The notes beneath the pieces were generated by a model. It was not told the DNA's origin. It ran no database searches and was given only the letters and a program-made list of their open reading frames with translations. The translations under genes and the position numbers were made by a program. This document shows, piece after piece, positions 56,895 to 64,000 of a stretch of 64,000 nucleotides of DNA; the first letter of the stretch is position 1; every line of letters starts with the position of its first letter. The DNA is taken from the NCBI GenBank assembly GCA_937931645.1, contig CALHAR010000006.1, positions 6,585-70,584 on the forward strand. The letters run 5' to 3'. This DNA is from an uncultured Alphaproteobacteria bacterium. Its GTDB lineage: Bacteria; Pseudomonadota; Alphaproteobacteria; Micavibrionales; Micavibrionaceae.

Positions 56895-58262
56895 ATGAGA
56901 CAACAAGATGTATCATATTTAGACAACAGCCCAATGCCCTTAGATAATTGGGAGGCTTTTAATGCAAACTTAGGAGATATCACGGGTACACAAAACCCGG
57001 CAACATTAGCAAACTCTGCAAATCTGTCTACGCAAGCAAGTTTCGGTTTTGGCGAAGGCGAAGCCGCAACACGGATCATAAACTCTGCTTATCGCAATGG
57101 TGCTGGAATCGACAACTCCCCTCAAGCCAAATCAAAAGCAGAAAAGAAACAACAACAACAACAACGTTCCCTTTTAAAACGACTAACCATTACAGATTGC
57201 GAACAAGTTTTGGCAGACCTCGATCAAAAAATTGCCGATATTGGTGAACAAATTAAATTACACCAAACCAGATTGGTTGAAATCGACGGAGAAATAGAAA
57301 CACTTACTGAAGACGCACAAGAGTTAGAAAGTGATATCTTCAAAACCGAAGACGAGTTGAATGATTCAAGAGAGGCCGTTTCTGAAGCAGAAACAAAATT
57401 GGAAACCGCCCAAACAGATTATGAAGAGGCCTGTGACAAACGTGACGCCATGCAAGAAGAGGTTGAACATGCAAGCAACCCCATCAGTTCCCTCATAGCG
57501 CGAGTAAAACAAGAAACCGCAGATAGAGCCGTAGAAGAAGCCGAACAAGAGCTTGCGCAAAGAGAAATAGAGCTTCAAGAAAGTATAATTTCTTCAAACT
57601 ACCTTGAAGAAAAATTAGCGCAACAAACAGAAGAATTACAGGATATAGAACAACAAATATCCATACTAAGAGCAGAAAGACAAGACGTTGAAGCAGAAAT
57701 AGCGGGTTTAGTAGAAGAACAAAACCTCCTTATCCAAGAAAGAGAAAGCGTCCTAGAGCAACAAGCAAGACATGAAGCCCGTATAAAAACAGATCCAGAA
57801 TATGCGGCGCGTGTCGCAAATGATGAGTTAACCGTTGCCGACTCAATAAAAAACTTACCCGATGACAAACAAATAGAAGCAAAAAACATATTAAGCGATA
57901 TCGCCAAAGAAGGGGGAGAAGCCTACGATAAATTTATTCAAAACCCTATCAAGTCGCTTAATACTGCTATTGGTAAAGTTACTGGCACAATGGTAAAGAC
58001 CGCAGGAAATGCGGTTGGGGTAGTGAAGGGTGTTGCTGGCGGCGTTACAACAGCGGTAACAAGAATGTTTAGTAAGCCTGTAAACACCCCTACTACTACT
58101 ACTAAAACAGCATCAGTCGATGCCGATGGTGGAATAGAAGTAGCAGGAATAGCCCCAAAAGATGCTTTCCAAGGCGCAAGTGCCATCCCATCTCCCGCTA
58201 CAATCAAAGCTGCTGCCTCTGCTATACAAGCACCAACCCCTGCTGCTGCCCCTACCATTTAA
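56895..58262 (+). CDS. long coiled-coil protein with a Gly/Val/Ala-rich C-terminal segment
   Basis: 455 aa from the ATG at 56895. There is an E/Q/L-rich heptad-like stretch at about aa 100-300, then AGNAVGVVKGVAGGVTTAV, a TPTTTTK linker and an Ala/Pro tail. Confidence 0.6.
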   Translation: MRQQDVSYLDNSPMPLDNWEAFNANLGDITGTQNPATLANSANLSTQASFGFGEGEAATRIINSAYRNGAGIDNSPQAKSKAEKKQQQQQRSLLKRLTITDCEQVLADLDQKIADIGEQIKLHQTRLVEIDGEIETLTEDAQELESDIFKTEDELNDSREAVSEAETKLETAQTDYEEACDKRDAMQEEVEHASNPISSLIARVKQETADRAVEEAEQELAQREIELQESIISSNYLEEKLAQQTEELQDIEQQISILRAERQDVEAEIAGLVEEQNLLIQERESVLEQQARHEARIKTDPEYAARVANDELTVADSIKNLPDDKQIEAKNILSDIAKEGGEAYDKFIQNPIKSLNTAIGKVTGTMVKTAGNAVGVVKGVAGGVTTAVTRMFSKPVNTPTTTTKTASVDADGGIEVAGIAPKDAFQGASAIPSPATIKAAASAIQAPTPAAAPTI

Positions 58263-58326
58263 ACCAGCAAGCTTAACTCAACACACACTTCCTCTTTTCT
58301 CTCTTTTTATTTATTATGTATAATTA

Positions 58327-58354
58327 TTGACTTGTGGCCAAAATCTGCTATAAT
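58327..58354 (+). promoter_or_regulatory. sigma70 consensus-like promoter abutting the ATG at 58363
   Basis: TTGACT (58327-58332), a 16-nt spacer, TGc-TATAAT (58346-58354), then 8 nt to the ATG. No SD. Confidence 0.6.
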
Positions 58355-58362
58355 CCACTTAT

Positions 58363-59160
58363 ATGAGCACAGTATCGAGATTTAACACTCCTGCCGAAGG
58401 CCTCACCCCAGAGGAAGAAATCCACGCGAATTTTTTACAAAGAGTTAAAGCAAGCGCCAAATACTTCTATGAGCAAAAAATACTGGCCTATTCCAAAATG
58501 GCGGATGGTGCAGCGACAAGCATAGGTACACAACTGCGTGGTGTCGGTAGAAAAATATCGAATGCTGCCTTTGCGCTCTTAGGAAAATCAAGCTTTCTAA
58601 CAACCGTCGCCCTTCTTAGCAACAATAATAAATTTTTTGGTGGTGTCGATAGCCTTAAGTACATGCCTCCTCGTTTCGCGAGTACTGCGCCAAACCCAAC
58701 TACTACCGCACCAGCCAGCGGAGATTTAACCAATGCCTTTACTTGTGAAGTGGGTATGTTGGAAATTGATGCAACTTTAGCACAAAAATTTGAAGAACAT
58801 GTCGTGGATACAAAACTTCAAAGAGAAGCGATCGCAACGCATATTGCAGACAATACATTTATTGGACCGTTACGTCCTGAAATGCTTGAGCTACGTGATG
58901 CATTTACAAGCGGCGCAATATCTGAAGAAGAGCTGGTTGCCGAAGCCACCAAACAATTATTAAAGTATAATGGAATTATTTTCTCAACAACTGGTGAGTT
59001 TGCACTTTCTCAAGATACTTTTGATACGTTGAACATACAATTTAAAGATTCTTCTTCTGATGGTACTCCAGCACAAGCAACCATATTTATTTTCAACAAC
59101 GCCGCCTTACAGCCAGAAACAAGACAGGAGTCAGAAGCTCCTGCACATGTCTTAAAGTAA
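58363..59160 (+). CDS. hypothetical protein (265 aa)
   Basis: Clean ORF with no signal peptide, a PNPTTTAPA linker and no recognised motif. Confidence 0.5.
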   Translation: MSTVSRFNTPAEGLTPEEEIHANFLQRVKASAKYFYEQKILAYSKMADGAATSIGTQLRGVGRKISNAAFALLGKSSFLTTVALLSNNNKFFGGVDSLKYMPPRFASTAPNPTTTAPASGDLTNAFTCEVGMLEIDATLAQKFEEHVVDTKLQREAIATHIADNTFIGPLRPEMLELRDAFTSGAISEEELVAEATKQLLKYNGIIFSTTGEFALSQDTFDTLNIQFKDSSSDGTPAQATIFIFNNAALQPETRQESEAPAHVLK

Positions 59161-59179
59161 AAAACTTTCCTAAAAAAAA

Positions 59180-60166
<987 letters not shown>

Positions 60167-60258
60167 TTATTAAAATATGATGTCAACATAGCCCTAACCA
60201 CCGCACACGCCAAGAGGAAATTTAAAGAACTATTTAAAACAAAAGTTTGAAAAACGTC

Positions 60259-60741
60259 TTATGGTCGAATTTCAATCGGTGTATTGGAATCAACCAAAGC
60301 CCAAATTTCGTCCATTTCATGGTTACGCACGGCGATACACCCACGTGTCCAGTTTTTAGGTCTAATAGGGCCAAGATAATTTCCTACCTCATTGGGCATA
60401 CCATGTAGGACAATATCACCACCAGGGGAAACTCCGCGCGCTTGCGCCCGCGCAATATCTACTTCATTGGGATAGTTAATCCTAATAGATTTATAAAAAC
60501 TACTTTGTAGGTTTTTATATGTCAGCAGATAATGTCCTTCAGGGGTACGGTGATCACCTTCTTGCTGTTTATGCCCTTGTGGGTTTTGACCAAAGCCAAC
60601 ATCATAGGTTTTTAAAACCTTATTCTGCTGGAAAAGGTATAACTTACTATCGCTTTTATCGACCAGCACAAAATTCGCCTTAGGCGGAGCGGCGCAAGCG
60701 GTCATAAATACACATAGAAAAATAAGAGTAATTTTATTCAT
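60259..60741 (-). CDS. L,D-transpeptidase (YkuD) domain lipoprotein
   Basis: Lipobox FMTAC-A. The motif HG...RGCIAV contains the catalytic His/Cys. Confidence 0.85.
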   Translation of the reverse strand: MNKITLIFLCVFMTACAAPPKANFVLVDKSDSKLYLFQQNKVLKTYDVGFGQNPQGHKQQEGDHRTPEGHYLLTYKNLQSSFYKSIRINYPNEVDIARAQARGVSPGGDIVLHGMPNEVGNYLGPIRPKNWTRGCIAVRNHEMDEIWALVDSNTPIEIRP

Positions 60742-62003
60742 TTAAGGTCCAAATATTCGAGATGCCAAAGCATATCTTTTTCAGAAAGAGGATAGTCACT
60801 TCCCTCTTTGGGAACAATCAATTCTTTATGAGATATCCCCGCAAGATCTTGTTGTAAACGAAAGGCAAAACGCATCGTAAATCCTGCCTTCCAGCAAACA
60901 GCACAAATAAGTTCAGGTTTTTTTATTTTAAATATCTTCTTCACTTTTGTTGTATGAACGTCAATCTTTTCAGCCAATGCTTCATAAATAAACGCATCAT
61001 CACGTAACGCTAGATGATCCAACATAAGAGACTCACTTAACTGCCCTGTTCTTTGCAAATTATAGATCTGTTTCTTTAAGTTTCTTGCCGTTCGATTTTT
61101 GATTTTATCTTCTAGTTGAATACGACGGCGCGTGGCATCAGTTACAATCTCTGTCTCGTCGACATCAAACCCGCCTTTGTCTTGCAACAGCTTACGAATG
61201 CGGGCATCTGCATATCGTGCCAATTGTGTTGCCAATTTTTTAGGTAACACATGGTGTTTCACCAATGGTTCTTGCCATTCAGGAAATTCTTTAGCACGGA
61301 TAATAATGTCATAAAGGACATCTTCATCTATTTCCGCCCCTTTATTTTCAATCAAATATTTTCCTGCTTTTTTATTATTAGCTCCAATAACAGCGCGAGA
61401 CACAAGGGTGCTTATTTTGGTTCTTTTTGCCACAGCCTCTGCCGCCCAAGGTTTAGGGTGAGAGGCTATAATATCAACCAAAACCTTATCCTCCAAAGCA
61501 ACGCAAAATCGTAAAATAGGCTCGGCCACCTCACGTTCAATATCTCGCGCTAATTGTGCAGCAACCGAAGGCGGCGCATAAGAATGATCTTTTAATGTTA
61601 CCGCCAAGCTTTTGCGTATCTTTAAAACTTCGTCTAAAGCCAATGTCCCCAACGCCTGCACCGCATAGGCATAAAGCTGGCTTTGCTTATCCAAGGAAAG
61701 CTCAGGCAATAATTTTACCAAACGCCCCGATAAAGCCAAACGAACATCTTCATTGCTATCTGCCGCTATAACTTTATTAGCATGAAGTGGCGTTGCAATA
61801 TTCTTCGCCACTTGTTTTCGTACAGCATCCGCAGGGTCATGCTGCGCTAAGTAAAACAAAATCTCTTTATTTGTTTTTGAAGATTTCGCCAAAGTCAGGC
61901 GTTGCCGCACCGTACCACTTTGGGCAATCTGTTTTTGCTCTTCATAAGAGCGCGCTTTAAATAAAGACGTCAACCAATCCATATCAAGCAAGCCTTTCGT
62001 CAT
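60738..62003 (-). CDS. DUF2336-like HEAT-repeat protein
   Basis: Repeated pattern LA..D....VR..VA.N, plus LKDHSYAPPSVAAQLARDIEREVAEPILRF, typical of alphaproteobacterial DUF2336. Confidence 0.65.
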   Translation of the reverse strand: MTKGLLDMDWLTSLFKARSYEEQKQIAQSGTVRQRLTLAKSSKTNKEILFYLAQHDPADAVRKQVAKNIATPLHANKVIAADSNEDVRLALSGRLVKLLPELSLDKQSQLYAYAVQALGTLALDEVLKIRKSLAVTLKDHSYAPPSVAAQLARDIEREVAEPILRFCVALEDKVLVDIIASHPKPWAAEAVAKRTKISTLVSRAVIGANNKKAGKYLIENKGAEIDEDVLYDIIIRAKEFPEWQEPLVKHHVLPKKLATQLARYADARIRKLLQDKGGFDVDETEIVTDATRRRIQLEDKIKNRTARNLKKQIYNLQRTGQLSESLMLDHLALRDDAFIYEALAEKIDVHTTKVKKIFKIKKPELICAVCWKAGFTMRFAFRLQQDLAGISHKELIVPKEGSDYPLSEKDMLWHLEYLDLK

Positions 62004-63060
62004 GATAGAGAGCTGATTGCATCTCCATTAAACGACTCACCGTACGGTCAAATTCAAAAGCATGGTCATCACCTTGATAAAGATTATCCACGCACTCTAC
62101 TGCAGAAATAATTAAACGGCACTTACCCTCATACAGGCAATCAATCAAAAGAATCAAACGTTTGGCTTCATTGCGGTTATCACCCGTCAAACTGGGAACC
62201 TCCGTTAAAAAAACAGTGTCATATTTCTGAGCAATAGCGATATAATCTTCTGCACCATAGGGTTTCTCACAAATATCCGCAAAAGTAAATTGCGCAATAT
62301 CTCCCGCCGCATTGACGATAATATCACGCCCTTTTACCGTTATAACTTCCTGTTTAACCTCAGCATGACCTGTTAGTTCAGAAAATAATTGTTCAATTTT
62401 ATTTTTTGTTTCTTTATTTAACGGGTGGAAATAATATACATCTTGGTTGGGATCAGAAATTTTTCGATAATCCGTATCGCTATCTAAATGTAAGGAATCC
62501 ATTTCTTTTTTCAATAGCGCAATAAACGGCATAAACCTATCGCGAGTAAGGCCGCCTTCATATAAACCATCAGGCGCCCAGTTACTGGTGGCAACCACAA
62601 CCAAACCGCGTGCAAATAGCTCAGTGAAAAGCCGCCCTAAGATCATCGCATCAGCAACATCCGTTACATGAAACTCATCAAAACAAAGAAGCTTAACTTG
62701 TTTAGCAACAAAGTCCGCATAACGCGGCAACAGATCATCCATCCCCTCCCCTCGATAAGCATGTAGCCAGTCATGGGTTCCAATCATAAATTCATGAAAA
62801 TGAATACGGCGAGATTTTGCCTGTATTTTCAAGGCTTCATCAAAGAATAAATCCATCAACATAGATTTACCACGCCCAACACCGCCATAAAGATAAACCC
62901 CTTTAACATCAGGTTGTTTCTTAAAAAATGACAATTTCTTTGAAGGTTTTAATTCATTGAGAAGGCGTTGAAGATTTTCAATCGCTTGTAATTGAAACTC
63001 ATCCGCCTGCCAACCATTGGCGCTTAAAACGTTTTGGTAGTTTTTTTGAAGGTTAGCCAT
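61984..63060 (-). CDS. zapE: AFG1-like ATPase ZapE
   Basis: Walker A YLYGGVGRGKSMLMD and Walker B LLCFDEFHV. I prefer the ATG at 63060 (MANLQKNY). Confidence 0.9.
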   Translation of the reverse strand: MANLQKNYQNVLSANGWQADEFQLQAIENLQRLLNELKPSKKLSFFKKQPDVKGVYLYGGVGRGKSMLMDLFFDEALKIQAKSRRIHFHEFMIGTHDWLHAYRGEGMDDLLPRYADFVAKQVKLLCFDEFHVTDVADAMILGRLFTELFARGLVVVATSNWAPDGLYEGGLTRDRFMPFIALLKKEMDSLHLDSDTDYRKISDPNQDVYYFHPLNKETKNKIEQLFSELTGHAEVKQEVITVKGRDIIVNAAGDIAQFTFADICEKPYGAEDYIAIAQKYDTVFLTEVPSLTGDNRNEAKRLILLIDCLYEGKCRLIISAVECVDNLYQGDDHAFEFDRTVSRLMEMQSALYHDERLA

Positions 63061-63835
63061 TTTTCTTTTTTTGCTCAAACATCCTGACAAGCAGAATAGA
63101 AATTTCATACAGACCTAAAATAGGAATCGCCAACCCAATTTGCGAAATCACATCAGGCGGTGTTAAAAAAGCCGCCACCGCAAAAGTGCCAATAATCGCG
63201 TATTTCCGCTTGGCCGCCAACGTTTCGGAAGACACTAACCCCGCCTTCCCCATTAAGGTCAAAAGTACGGGCAGTTGGAAACACAAACCAAAAGCAAAGA
63301 TCAACGTCATGATAAGGTCAAGATATTCACTCACCCGCGCCTCTAACTGAATAGGCAGTGCGGTATCCGCACCCGTACTTTGGAAGCTTAAAAAGAAAGG
63401 CCACGCCATCGGTAAAATGCCGTAATAAACGGTAGCCCCACCCGTGAAAAATAAAATCGGTGTAGCGATAATAAACGGCAAGAAAGCACGCCTTTCTTGT
63501 TTAAATAAAGCAGGGGCAATAAATCCCCATAGCTGCGCCAGTAAAATAGGGAACGTCAAAAATATACCTGCAAAAAATGCGACCTTTAAATAAGTGAAGA
63601 AGGCCTCGGTCAACCCTGTGTAAATCAAACGGTTGGTACTACCGGTGCCCATGGCATCCGCCAATGGTGCCACCAAGAAACCGTAAATTTGATCAACAAA
63701 TAAATAGCAAACCCCTGTCCCCAGTGCCATTGCCGCAAACACCCATAACAGACGTTTACGCAGCTCTATCAAATGCCCCGTCAAAGGAAGTTTTTGTTGC
63801 TGTTCAGGTTGAGGGTTTACTGCTGTCATCATCAC
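63053..63835 (-). CDS. tatC: twin-arginine translocase subunit TatC
   Basis: LTGHLIELRKRLL at the N-terminus, six TM helices and PPDVISQ. The start is GTG 63835 or ATG 63832. Confidence 0.93.
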   Translation of the reverse strand: MMMTAVNPQPEQQQKLPLTGHLIELRKRLLWVFAAMALGTGVCYLFVDQIYGFLVAPLADAMGTGSTNRLIYTGLTEAFFTYLKVAFFAGIFLTFPILLAQLWGFIAPALFKQERRAFLPFIIATPILFFTGGATVYYGILPMAWPFFLSFQSTGADTALPIQLEARVSEYLDLIMTLIFAFGLCFQLPVLLTLMGKAGLVSSETLAAKRKYAIIGTFAVAAFLTPPDVISQIGLAIPILGLYEISILLVRMFEQKKKNG

Positions 63836-64000
63836 CCCCCTGAATTACATCTTCATCAAACTCAGTTTCATTGGCAATGCTTTGAGCAATATCTTGATCA
63901 CTAGGTTTGGCTTCAAAATTGACTCCCTTACGCAGTTCTTCAATATCACCCGCATTCATAATATCATCAAACTGTTGTGAAACCGCAAAACGGATATACT
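63804..64000 (-). CDS. tatB: TatB (or TatA/B-family) C-terminal part; N-terminus lies outside the window
   Basis: The reverse frame is open from the window edge: ...YIRFAVSQQFDDIMNAGDIEELRKGVNFEA...GGDDDSSKPST*. It overlaps the tatC start, and the acidic amphipathic region resembles TatB. Confidence 0.55.
   Translation of the reverse strand, partial: YIRFAVSQQFDDIMNAGDIEELRKGVNFEAKPSDQDIAQSIANETEFDEDVIQGGDDDSSKPST

Noticed and set aside
57149-57165. (CAA)5 tract encoding QQQQQ as a possible phase-variation site
   Set aside because: A trinucleotide repeat keeps the reading frame, and five units is too short to argue for slipped-strand switching.
57599-58258. Minus-strand ORFs (102 aa and 106 aa) antisense to the coiled-coil gene
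   Set aside because: They mirror the low-complexity, repetitive coding sequence. The plus-strand ORF is far longer and has a promoter.

Overview
This is a 64-kb, moderately AT-rich chromosomal segment that looks alphaproteobacterial. Three gene orders support that call: an atpHAGDC block, an LDH-like mdh with sucC/sucD/sucA/sucB/lpdA plus zapE and tatBC, and a DUF484-xerC pair. Coding density is high and most genes are housekeeping: upp, map, radC, purB, bfr/bfd, uvrB, lysS, priA, tal, pabBC and a DinG-like helicase. I found no rRNA, convincing tRNA, CRISPR array, transposase or phage integrase.

The unusual content lies between and inside the housekeeping genes.
- The conserved mdh-suc-lpdA backbone is interrupted at four junctions by nine non-TCA ORFs. 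One interruption is an opposite-strand three-gene module between mdh and sucC: a murein hydrolase with no signal peptide, a long coiled-coil protein and an orphan. Another is an OmpA/BON plus DUF4332 pair that splits sucC from sucD. A third is a small cassette bracketed by a duplicated 58-nt terminator.
- LysRS carries a C-terminal domain of about 136 aa that looks like DUF2000, and it is translationally coupled to an orphan membrane protein and uvrB.
- Two tandem proteins with minor-pilin-like (PilX/GspK-type) N-termini and four conserved Cys stand alone, with no pilus machinery nearby.
- A 321-aa protein has two deaminase folds in tandem, one apparently active and one degenerate.
- sucB has two lipoyl domains. 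A 43-aa block is identical between them despite 17 synonymous nucleotide differences.
- At least eight genes have an extended -10 promoter ending 6-8 nt before the ATG and no Shine-Dalgarno sequence, which suggests leaderless mRNAs.
- Several families of short palindromic REP-like repeats populate the intergenic regions.

All functional calls come from reading motifs by eye. No database search was run.
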